DNA of 64,000 nucleotides from Lama glama. Taxonomy: Eukaryota. The first letter of the stretch is position 1. Every line of letters starts with the position of its first letter. The translations under genes and the position numbers were made by a program. The notes under the pieces were generated by a model. That model searched no databases. It was not told where the DNA came from and saw only the letters and a program-made list of their open reading frames with translations. The DNA lies in contig CM052817.1 in NCBI GenBank assembly GCA_028534125.1, positions 19,470,001-19,534,000 of the forward strand. The letters are read 5' to 3'. This document shows, piece after piece, positions 12,440 through 24,190 of the stretch.

Positions 12440-12985
12440 TTAATTTTATTTTTTAACTTTTTAATATATATTTTTATTGAAGTACAGTTAGTTTACAATG
12501 TGTCAATTTCTGGTGAACAGCACAGTACTTTAGTCACATACGAATATACGTATATTTGTTCTCATATTCTTCTTCACCATATGTTACAAGAAATTGGATA
12601 TGGTTCCCTGTGCTATACAGTATAAACTAGTTGTTTATCTACTTTATATACATTAGTATCTGCAAATCTTGAACTCCCAATTTATCCCTTCCCATCTCCC
12701 AACCCCCCTGGTAATGATACGTTTTTGTGAGTCTGTTTCTGTTTTGTAAATAAGTTCATTCATCTCTTTTTTTTTTTTCTTAGATTCCATGTAAAAATGA
12801 TCTTGTATTTTTTCTTTCTCTTTCTGGCTTACTTCACTTAGAATGACAGATGACTGGATAAAGAAGGTGTAGTATATTTATACAATGGAATACTACTCAG
12901 CCATAAAAAATAATAAAATAATGCCATTTGCAGCAACGTGTATGAACCTGTAGAATGTCATTCTAAGTGAAGTAAGCCAGACAGA
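12440..12985 (-). mobile_element. Young lineage-specific L1 3' end with 5' inversion
   Basis: 12440-12848 is antisense L1 3'UTR (homologous to 36715-37105); 12844-12985 is the adjacent upstream L1 sequence in the opposite orientation (homologous to 36600-36745). Confidence 0.9.
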
Positions 12986-13017
12986 ATTTTTTTTTTAAGG
13001 CGAAATCTATACATGAG

Positions 13018-13370
13018 TGTAATGGTCTTTTTGACAACTTCAGTAGGCTAAGTTGCCAGTTATCTAACCCAACCTTAATCTAGTATTACTATAAAGATAT
13101 CTTGTAGATGTGATTAAAATCAATAATCAGATGTCTTCAAGGAAGAGAGATTATCCTAGATAATCTGCAGCTTCAGCCATGCTTGAGAGTTTCAGTTAGT
13201 CCTTCTTGACAGCCTGCCATAGAGAATTGTGTAAGTTAATTCCTTGCAATAGATAGACAAAGATACAGATGTAGACACAGATACAGGGATAGAAAATATA
13301 GACAGATGATGATAGAGATAGAGATAAACTCCTACTTATTTTACCTCTCTGGATGAACTCTGATTGATAC
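13018..13370 (+). mobile_element. MLT2 (MLT2D-like) ERVL LTR
   Basis: ccagttatct...taatctagtattactataaagatatcttgtagatgtgattaaaatcaataatcag...gagattatcctagataat; end tctctggatgaactctgattgatac. Confidence 0.7.
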
Positions 13371-13479
13371 TCTGAGCTTGAGTTTCAAGGTATCTGAGAA
13401 CACTACCTGTAATTATATGTAACATTTGTGTGTGCTAACATGTGTGTGTTTAATGAAGAAGGGGAGGATTTTAGAATCA

Positions 13480-14210
13480 CTTGTGTAGATTCTTCCTTTT
13501 CATTTAGTCCCCACATCTAATTGGACAAAAAGGTACTTTCATGTCCAACTTCTTAAAATCATGTTAATCTATCTGCTTCGCTTATTCTCCACTGACTGCC
13601 TTATTTCATGCCTCCCTGATTTTTCTCTCAAACCATTGTAATAGTCTTGTTAATGGGTTATCCAGTTCTAATTTCTTCTCCTTTGCATGCCACTCTCCAC
13701 AATGGTGCTAGAGTGATCTTCTGAAAACTAGTCTCAATCAGTCAAGTGTTTCTAGTCACCCAAACTCCTTAAATGTAAGAACAAGGCTAAGACCTGATAA
13801 TTCCAATTTTCTAACTTCAGTTACTATCAGTTTCCCATATGTTCTGGGGATCTTGCGTCTCTGAGCCCATTTAAAATCCCTGAACTTGGCACAGATTTTA
13901 AAATACTTGTTTCTACTGCAAGAAAGTCCACCATTCTTGTACCACTTGTCTGAAAACTTTCCTTTCCTTTGACATTCAAGAAGATGGGAACTCTTTAAGA
14001 TGTCTTCCCTGTCCTCTCCAGGCACAGTTAAAAACGTCTTTCTTTCTGAGTCCATGTGTACATAATTGTACCATATCTGTTTGTCTTTATCTCTTTATTA
14101 TCTATCCGTCTATGTATCTAATCTGTGAATCTATGTAATTTTGGTTCTTTAATTGAAATATGAGTATGTGAAGGGAGGGATCTTTTATTCCTCATCATAT
14201 TTCTAGATAC
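13480..14210 (+). mobile_element. Degraded LINE-2 (likely continuing the fragment at ~12180-12425)
   Basis: L2-like ctccacaatggtgctagagtgatcttctgaaaac and cattgtaatagtctt motifs. Confidence 0.5.
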
Positions 14211-14597
14211 CACTAGTTTAATTTGTAGAATTTAGTGTCATCATTTTATTTTAAATGAAAATTATAGAAATAATTGCATTCTATCAGTATTTACATCAAA
14301 TAAGATTTGGGGGTGTTTTGTGCCTACAATAATTTTTGAAACTGTGCTGCTCAGAGATTTGCCATAATTCACTGTGATGATTTCATGAATGGTATTATAT
14401 TTTTAGTGCTTTTTGTTAAATTGTTGGTTCATTGACATTTAAAGTTTGTATACATAAGTCGTATACACCTTAAGAATTAGCCCCTTCATTATCCCCAATT
14501 TGCCTCATATCTTTGAATGGGTACATATAATCCTACAGAAAATAAAGAAATATACAAAGCAAATAAATAAAAGATAACCAAAAAAATCCATCCTAAA

Positions 14598-15387
14598 TGT
14601 GGAAACCCATGATTGGGTTAACAAATTGTAACAGACCCCAGCCGCTTGTCTCCTTAAAGAAGAGCAAATGTGCTTAGTAACTGCCTTGCTTGCATAGCTG
14701 AGGTTTTAGATAGCACTCTGCTCCTTGCAAAGCAACAACCCAGGCCCTCGGCTATAAACGCTGGGCTTGCCTGCTGTTAGTCTTCTATCCCCAAGGCAAG
14801 GAACTGGCTGGGCTGGTGGTCTGCTTTAACATATCTATAAGAATGTATCTTGCTCCCCTCTTCCCATGACTTCCCTAAAGGTAAACTGTAGGCCCCCAAG
14901 GGAACGAGTCTTGGGCCGGAATGGTAAACAAGTTATAAAAAGCTGCAGACTCAGAGGTGAGAAGGCTGGTTAGCCAATGATGGGTAAGACCCCCAGAGGG
15001 GGGCAACCTAAGACAGGCACAGCCCCCCGAGTCCAAGAAAAAGGTTAAGCAGCTTCTTCTCAGACGTTCCGCCCTGATAAGCTGTAAGGTTCGCTGATGC
15101 CAACACGAACATGACTTACCAAAGGATACAGGATCTTCTGACCTTGAGCCAGACTCTGCAGTCTCGATCCCACCCTGTCTTTCCCTAAATTCCTGCATTC
15201 CATCACACAATTGTCAATGATTTCTCCTTTGATTGTACACAATAAATGTGGGGGCATTTGAGAGGTTCGTGGAGTTGGCTCCCGACTCCCTCTCGCACTC
15301 TTGACTTTTCCACAGAGTCTCGAGTAGTTCATTCCGACTCGGTGGGACTTCTGCCGGCCAGAAGCCACAACTGGTGATGAACCCACA
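14598..15387 (+). mobile_element. Relatively young ERV solo LTR
   Basis: TGTGG...CCACA inverted termini, AATAAA 15241-15246, many retained CpGs, sharp GC step relative to flanks. Confidence 0.8.
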
Positions 15388-16108
15388 TCTAAGTTTCTGA
15401 ACTTTGTGACCTACTATTAGACCTGCCTTACTAGTTCTCAGTGTGCTGTGACTTCTCCCCCTTCCCTTGAATCATTGACAAAATCATACAATCTTGGCTA
15501 GATTATAAACTCTAAAAAGAGAGGAACTGTCAGTCTTACCGTAGCACATTGTCTGGCACATGGTAGTTCATAAATACTTTCTAGACCTTGAATGAACATA
15601 TTTTGCTCTCACCATTTTTCTTTTATTTTTTCGTAACTCTTTATGACTCTATAGAATATTTGCTTTTATTTTTGTCATATTTTAATTGATTTAGAAATGT
15701 TTAACACCCTTCTACTACATGATTTCTAAAGTTTCTTTTAAAAATAATGTTTGTTAAAGTTCCACGTAAAGGGGTTTGAGGCAGTACATTAGGCAGTAAT
15801 CCAGTTAGGCTGGCATATCCGACCATGACTGTTTTTCATTCAGTTTTTAGCTCTTCAAGGTGATTGTCTCCTTTTTATCATTCTACAAAGCATTTCTCTA
15901 TGGGATAAAGTAAACACAAACTTTTGATAAATATATTATTATAAATTAGGCTCCAGAATTTCACATATTTTATTTTGGTTTAAATTTACATTCTTGAATA
16001 TAATCAGAAAAATTTATCTATTTGATACATAAACATCAATTATATCTGTAAGTAGAGATTTGATTTATTTCCTTATCATATGCAAAATAATTCGTTCCTA
16101 CCTTATAT

Positions 16109-16263
16109 ATTTCTTAAAAAATTTTAAGCTTTTTTGGGGGGAGGTAATTATGTTTATTTATTTATTAATTTTAATTTTTTTTTTAATGGAGATACTGAGG
16201 ATTGAACCCAGGACCTTGTGCATGCTAAGCATGTGCTCTACCACTGAGCTATGCCCTACCACC
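16109..16263 (-). mobile_element. tRNA-derived SINE (camelid vic-1-type)
   Basis: Minus strand has A box (tagctcagtggtag) and B box (ggttcaatcc), A-rich tail; TSD core ctaccttatat at 16098-16108 and 16267-16277. Confidence 0.9.
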
Positions 16264-16669
16264 TTTCTACCTTATATTTGACGGCAGGCTGTATTTTCCC
16301 TCAGAAGTTCTGACTGCTGGATAATTTCAACTTGTCCTTCTGATTGGTTGGTTGTTTTTTTGTTGTATGTTTTATGAGCGACATGCCAACTTATTTCAAA
16401 ACGGCCTTCAGCCAGGATGAAAATCGATGAAACTCCTTCAAGTTTAAGGAGTCGCTTGTCCCTTTAATGCCATCTTGAGTCCTTTTTGCTGTGTGTGTCG
16501 AGATATAACTGAAAGATTCATCTCTGGAAAAAATTGTAGACTTTATATTTTGAAATGACAATTTCTAATACCAGCTAAATTATTATATTTTATAGCATAA
16601 AAATCTATAGAAATCTAAAAATGAACATATTCTTTGTCAATAAGAACAAGTCACATTTTGTCGGTAAGT

Positions 16670-16870
16670 TATACTTGGACACAAATCCTGGCCCCAGCAT
16701 TTAGCAAATGATCTTGAACAGCTTAGGCTTCATTTTTTGAATGTCAGGTTCCTCGTATCTAAAGCGGGGCTTATAGTGCTAACCACCTCTAAGACCCCTG
16801 TGGGGTTTCTATTAAACAATCAAGTCAAGGACTGGCCCGTAGTAATTCAGTAATAAACAACTGTGTTCTA
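16670..16870 (+). mobile_element. MIR fragment
   Basis: caaatcctggccccagcatttagc...tcaggttcctcgtatctaaagcgggg. Confidence 0.55.
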
Positions 16871-17139
16871 ATTGCTAAATTAGTATATAAGCAATAATTT
16901 CCCCCATTCTTTTAAGGCAGTTTTAAAAATTGAACTCACTTATTCATTTATCTTATTAGCATATTTTAAAACACATGTCAGGGTCAGGAACTTCTGCACT
17001 CTGATAATACAGCACTGTGGACAAACCTTTGATCTCTTAACACTTATTGTCTGCTGGGGAAAAAATATGTATCAGTGCAAGTCATTATGAGTAAATTTCA
17101 AAGCAATTTGGTTAATAATAAAATTACTATAATATACAA

Positions 17140-17350
17140 TATACACTATGTTCCCAGGCATTATTTCCAGCACTTACCTATATTAATTCATTTAATCTTC
17201 ACAAGACTATCCCATTTATATTCTTATCATCCCATTTTAAGGTGAAAAACATGAGGCAATGGAAGGTGAAGTAACTTGTTCATTGTCAAGCAGTCAATGT
17301 CTTGTAAAATTTGGGGACTCTTGATATTGTTTTCAAGCCCAACTCTTAAT
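17140..17350 (-). mobile_element. MIR
   Basis: attaattcatttaatcttcacaa...tatcatccccattttaaggtgaaaaacatgaggca...aggtgaagtaacttg. Confidence 0.75.
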
Positions 17351-20300
17351 TACTAAATAATTTTATCTCATTGCATAAAAAAAAGGAGCTAAAAAATGTT
17401 CAGAATGTCAAAACTATTTTTATGAACCATTGGTTAGCTCATTGAGAACCTCTCTCTATTAATCTGGCCACAGCAGTGTTACATAGTACAGACAGAAGAT
17501 GGCTCAGGCCCATGTACTGTTCTCTAATTCTCTTCTGTATTAACAAGAAGTCAAAAATTATTAAAAACTAAACCAAACAGTTTTTGCTCTTTAACTATTT
17601 TTCAGTGAATTCTATAGAAAATGCGTGAAAGTCCTATATACAACTTATTAGTTGCTTAACTTCATAAACAAGAGACGTGACTATTACAATGAAAAAAAAA
17701 ATCAACATGACATGTGACCATCCTTGCAGGAGTGCAGCTGCAGTACGGTTGGGATAGTGGCTTTATTTCCTTCCCCAAAGGGGTTGATGATGCTTCTTTC
17801 CAATTGATTATGCATTACAAAATTTAACAGACCAGCCCTATTTCATTGTAGCTTCTCAAACTACAGTAATTGAATTTCTATTATCAGATTCTCTTGCAGA
17901 ATCTCTGTGCAATAAAAGTTTGCTATAACAGAAATGTACTTATACTTTCTTGACTCCTAGAACACAGGGTACCATGATCAGTGTTAGACTACTTCACAAG
18001 CTGAACAGATATAGATAGGAAGTGAATCATTTTTCCCTTTCCCTAAATTGTTGCTTTGGAAAGGATAGAGAAACAGTTCTTTTTCTCCACCACTTCCATC
18101 CAAGGACCATGTTCTTAATGTAAAGGGGCAGAGAATAGAATAGTCCTTGCATATGTTTCCCCAGTAGGTTGAACAACTAAGACAAAAACCATCTGATCCT
18201 TTCTATGTCCTTTGCAGCCTCCTCTACCCCCACCACATATTTGTGAAGAGGTAAAAAGTTAGATGTTTCTGGCAGTCACATATTGAGAAGATTAAACAGA
18301 AAGTTTATTTAGCCTTCCTGGACTAGTCAGGAGGCTACAATATATTAATTAATCTATCTCCACATTATGGGGTATTAAAACTTACCCCATCTTTAATGAA
18401 TTAGAGTATTTTTCATCAATTAGCAGTTGTCCTTAGGCTGTAAGCTTCTTTAGACATAAAATTCAGAAAGTAGGAGTTGTGAGAACTTGGATTATCATAA
18501 CTCTAATCTCTAACATCCAGTAACATTTAGAGGTTATATTCCTGAAAACAGGCAGAGTGAGAAAGCAAGAGAAGTGAAAGAAGGTGAATAAACAGTAAGG
18601 ATGAGGGTGCTAACCTTTACATTTACCTAAAAACACTTTGTATATTTTGCCGTATTAATCCTTACAGTTACTACATGAAACTCATTTCCAATCATCAGAC
18701 CTCAGATCATGTAAGTAGGTAGCTAATAAGCAGCAAAAATTATATTTGAACTTAGCTCTTTCTTACTCTAAATCTTTTCAATACTCATGTTTCTTCAGTA
18801 AGGAAGTCAAATAATTCTAGTTTCATTCCCAAACCCAAATATAACCATGGGGCTGTCTCCAGGACACTATTACCATAAGACTTTATGTGGCTTCCAAAGA
18901 AATGATGTGATTCCACAGTTGACTCTGACAACGGATGATCCACAGTATAGGGACAGTTTTCTTGTTTCCTGGAATTTCAAAGAAGAAATCCTGATAATAG
19001 TTTTATAGGTAAATAGGCTTCAATATACAATAAGAATGAGAATCTTCAGTTCAGTTTCTAAGGATGTAGAATTCTGGTCATATTTTTGATTCCATGCCCT
19101 GGAGTTGTGTTTGCAATAGAAAAGCCAAACCTGTTATCCTGGATTTGAAAACAGTCTCAAATTTATACTGGTACTAAATATCTAAGAGCCCCCTAGATAA
19201 GATATTTTGAATCACAGAATTTTGTTATTGGAAGTAGATGAAGAATAAAATCAAACTCCCTCATTTGCAATGTGGACATTTAAAAATGCCTTATTAACTT
19301 GCCTAAAGTGACTAAAAAGTGAGGGACAGAGCTGGAGTCAGAATCCCGTTTTGGAATTCATGACTGCTCTACATCTTGTAGACATTTCAGTCCCTTAATC
19401 AAGCATATTACTTCAGTTATTTAACAGTTTTCCATTTTTTAAAATATTTAATTATTTGTTTAATATTTTGTGTTATATATAAATAACAAAAAGAATATTA
19501 ACTTGTATAAATAATTGGTCATTTTTAATGCAAATGTCTAACTTACAAATAATATTGCAAATATCTTTGAAGAAAGCTTAGAACAACCCTAAGAACAAAT
19601 TTTCAGACTCATCTTTAATCTGTGTTAAACAAATATGTTTTTGATTATTCAAGACAATGAAAGAACGCCTTGGCCTTAGATTACCAATCACAAATAAAAC
19701 AAACAGGTATGTAAATACAGTAGAAACAAGTGACATTTAATGAAATCCTAATTTTTAACTTGTTAGGCAGTCTAACAAATTAAAATGAAAAATTTTCCTG
19801 AATGACTAGAGTTTTACACAAAACACTTGAAATTATTGTTTTGATATGACTGATCGTCCACCTTCTTTGGTATTTCCTGTCTTGAGTCAAATAAGACACA
19901 CAGTGTCTAAGCAGACCTCTAGAATATAAATGGAACATATCACAAATTGTAGCATAGCGAGCCTCTTTTTAAATCTGAGACTGGTTCTCATGTGCAAGAC
20001 ATTCTCATGGGCAACATTGTCACACCTCAGTCCTTTTGTTCACGTTTGTGTTGCTGTTTCAAATAAGGAACCGATTTGTGTCATGTTATCTTTACATTCT
20101 CAGCACCTAGCACAGTATCTTGCATCGAATAGGTGTTCAACAGAACTATTAAACTAACAAATGATACATAGGGACAATTATGCTAGCAATATAATTATAG
20201 CAAAAAGATCACATAGTAACACTACAAGATTTTGATTCATAAAACAGTATATTCTAATATTAGTCTGTAAAAAGGCTCAGTTATGGTGGAATTTAAAAAA

Positions 20301-21225
20301 TACTTTTGTCTGAGATCTTTGAATCTCCTAGAAATGGCAATTAAAATGATAACCAAAGCAACACCTTTCACAAAATGTGTATATTGGACAATGGATAAAG
20401 ATACATTTTGGTAAACAGTGGAAAATTTCAGGACTTTCTAAAAATAAACAATGTTGTTTGGAAGAAAAGAAAAGCATTGATTTTTAGTTAATGAATGTTT
20501 GTCAACTATTTGCAATACAGGATTCTTCATACTGGAAATGTTTTCTTTACAGCCACAGATAGATTGAACGTTGCCTTGAAAATGCCATCTTCAGGCTTCT
20601 TTCTGTTGTGAGCACGCAGTCAGTGCAGTCGAGTGTCTGTTGCTGCCAGTGCTTGCTCTGGTTTTCAAATTAAAATCCATGCCCTGGAGTGGTGTCGTCG
20701 AAAACTGATGGACGTTGAGTGGCCACACAGGCAAAGTAGCAGGAATGATGGGACTAACACCAGTTTAGCAGATCAATACCGGTCAGGGCTGATTTTCAGA
20801 TTCCCTTCCTTAACCGATGTTGGTGGAAGTGCTAATAGGCAGTGAAAGAGACAAAGCATGATCTAAAGTAGAAAGAAAAAAAACACGAAACATTGCTTGC
20901 TGAATTATTTTTCTCTTGAATCACACAGAGGAATCCAAATATCTAGGTTTTGGACAAAGTCCTCTCAGTTTGGGCTGCTTCAGATCGTTTGTTCTTCATT
21001 TGTGTAAATAAGGACAAACGGGATGAGCGGGGCATTGCTTTCTCAATTAGTCTTATGACTTGGTAATGAACGAACAGCCACATTTTCTGTCCTTTTTGGA
21101 CAGTCTGATAGCCTCCCGACAGTTCCCTAAGGTTTGATTGTCTGGTAGAAACTTAAGGAAATATGTGCTGTCCAGATAATGCCTGTATTTTCTAATTCTA
21201 TTGACAGAAATTTCATTTACATATT

Positions 21226-21867
21226 TATTGTGCATAGGTTAGAGCAGGCAGATAATTAGATATGAGCAGAGAAAGGGAGACCCTGGCCTAATGACAGGCA
21301 AAAAGAGGAGGGTCCAAATGCCAGAAACCATACATCATGTAAACAACAGGGGTCCTTGGGCAGACAAAGCAAAGCAGAAACCTTGGGACTGGTAAGAAAT
21401 CACTGATTTGAGGGTGACAGGTGACCTGGAGGCCAACAAAGAAAGGTGAGAAAAGGCAGGAATCTCCAGTATCCGAATGTAACCTTTTGCTCATTATGCC
21501 CTCATTACAATAAAATTAGCCTTGCAGATTAGAAGTACCTGTCATGCACCGATGCCATGACACTTTCTATCCAGACTAAATAAGGACAAAAGTCCCTCCT
21601 CCCTTTGGGAAGGTGGAGTTGGGATGAAAATCAGGGAATACAACCCCAAGTCCTTGCATCTCTAATAAATATTCCACCCACTCATTTTTATACCTTATGT
21701 AATCAGCTTCCCAAAGAAACACAGCACAGCTGCTCCCCTGAGCCTGCCTGCTCTCCTCTTAAGAGTGTCCTATCCGTCCCTAATAGATCCCCACTTTACT
21801 TTTTTAACCTCTGTGTCTTGTCTCGGAATTACTGTGTGACGAGACAAGGACCTAACTGTCGGCAACA
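21226..21867 (+). mobile_element. Solo ERV1-type LTR
   Basis: ~640 bp GC-elevated block; ends tgtcttgtctcggaatt...gacgagacaaggacctaactgtcggcaaca (U5-like, CA end); polyA signal appears decayed (aataga near 21782). Confidence 0.75.
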
Positions 21868-22004
21868 CATAAACATACATACATACATACATACACACAT
21901 ACATATAGTTGTTTACTCATTGTTTTCTTAAGATGTTCTAATGTTAGACTATGTTTTCTATGTGCATCCTTTAGATTACAATTAAGAAACAGTGAATATA
22001 CTGA

Positions 22005-22470
22005 TTACTACTTAGCAGGGGCTAACTTCTTGGAATCAGAACCCCAAAGTTACAATGACTTAAATATAATAGAAAGGTTTTTCTCATATAGGCAATCCGA
22101 GATAATTGTAGATTGGCCGATGTGTGGTTCTCATCCGCTTTATTATTTAAAGACCCAGGTGGTAGAGACTCTGCCTTCTTCCACACACATCTTCTAATCC
22201 AGCCCACACTTTGATGTCCAGCCAGTGAAAAGGGAAAAAGAGAAAGAGCCAACAGGATCGTTCACATAAGAGGAGGTGGAGCAGGAGGTGGGGTTGAGGA
22301 GTGGCGGGTGATTAAGAACGAAGCCTGGAAGTTCACGTATTATTCCGCTCACATTTTATCAATTATAATGTGGCCAAAACTGAAACCAAGAGAAATTGAA
22401 AAATGTGGATGACATCTGTCCAGGAAGAAAAGAAGACAGGTTGTGTGGGGCACCTGGCTGTCTTTGTACA
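22005..22470 (-). mobile_element. Old MaLR LTR (MLT1-type)
   Basis: ccccaaagttacaatgacttaaatataatagaaaggtttttctc...cacattttatc...aaattgaaaaatgtgg resembles antisense MLT1. Confidence 0.55.
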
Positions 22471-24009
22471 AATAATACGCACAAGGAGTGGGGGAGGATG
22501 CTGTGGAATGCCCATGCTGCTTTAGTTTCGCTTTAGATGACTTTATCTACATCCCAAACTATTGTTTCTAATTTTATTAACTATTATTATTATTATTTCT
22601 TCGGGACAAAATCTCCCAGAGAAGTTTTGTTGATTCTCTTTCCCTACAAGAAAGTAGGTCTTTTAAGTAAATTTTTAATGCACATAACAGAAGAGACCTT
22701 CTTTATATTCAAATATGTCCTGAATGTTGAATTAATAATGATGCAAAGGATTCTCAGTGGTGTATTTGTGAACCAGGATCCACTTTATCATACTTTTTTT
22801 TTTTAATCTATGAATGAACTGAATAGATATTCCTATTGTACCAGTGGCTTCATAAATCTATGTAGTTGACATAGCCAGTTGAAAACACTCTTTCTGAATT
22901 TCTTTCACACTGTTTCTCCTGCATTTCTAGCTTAGAGTTCTGGAAGCTAATTTTTTTCCACAGATAATTACAATTTTATGAGGAAATTCACCAATGAAAA
23001 TTATTATACATTCGGAAGAGTACTTCAGAGCCTATTTACAAACCAGGCAGGAAGTATGTAGATTTCATGCCTGGAAAAGCATAAATAAAATTCATTTTTA
23101 ATCATGTAATTGTACTGTCATTTGTTTCCATGTAATTGGTGAGGAATTACAATTCTATTCATACCCTGGGTCCACTTCTGGAATAAAGCAAATGTACTGT
23201 GAAAATGTCAGGAGCATAGTTTTAAATTATTGCTTTTAAGGGCTATAGTACTATACTTTTTGGTGTTTGATCAAGTGTAAGGAATGTCTGGTAGGATAAC
23301 ACTGATGCAAAGCCTGAGTTTCTAAGCAGAGGATTAATTAAACAAACAAAATATTGAAATCTTTCTTTCACATAAGGTCGCTGCCAGGGGAAACGATTTT
23401 TTTTTTTTAAATGCAGTTATCCAATAGTTACTGCTTTCTTTAACTTTTTAAGTGGATATGTCTGTAACACTCATATTTTATAGGTCAGTTAGGGAACTTC
23501 CCTTTCCCTGAGCCATAGATTCCTCAATCTAAACGGAGGAGCAAAATAACATATAGGTCACAATTAATTTAAGGGAAGGAACATAAGTGAAGCCAAGCCT
23601 ACCACCCGGCGTATTTATAAACTTTTCATAAATACTGCTTTCCTTCTATTTCCCCTTATCACAGGCACACAGGTATAGGCAGAGCTAAAGCCAGGATCTG
23701 AACTTGAATTTTCTGATTTTGTGGTTGGTATGTTTCTGTTTTGTAACCAGCAACTGCTATTTTAGAACATTCAAAATGCCTTAGTACACTTGAATGCAAG
23801 TGTTTTCATGGTGTGAATCTATTCAAAATGATCTTCCATCATCACCACCGAAAAATGATAAGAAAAACAAACAACAGAACAAAAAGAATAAACAATCCAA
23901 AGAGAGGATTAGTAGTAAAGACAGTTCTGTGTCAAAGGTGAGAAGAGCTCTGTCATATGTGGAATAAAGGTATCCTCCTCTTTTGTGCTTTTTAAAAAGG
24001 ATCTCAACT

Positions 24010-24190
24010 GCTAAGTCAGGCCGAGAGAGGAAAATACATGATGATCTCTTTTATCAGTATAAATTGAAAAAAAACAACAAGCAAACAAACATCATCATAA
24101 ATACAGAGAAAACAGATTAGTGGTTGCCAACACTAAGATTGAGGGGGAGGGGAGGTGGTGTGGGAGAAATAAGTAAAAAAAAAAATTTAA
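24010..24190 (+). mobile_element. L1 3'UTR fragment
   Basis: catcataaatacagagaaaacagattagtggttgcca is homologous to the L1 3'UTR at ~33780-33815. Confidence 0.6.
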
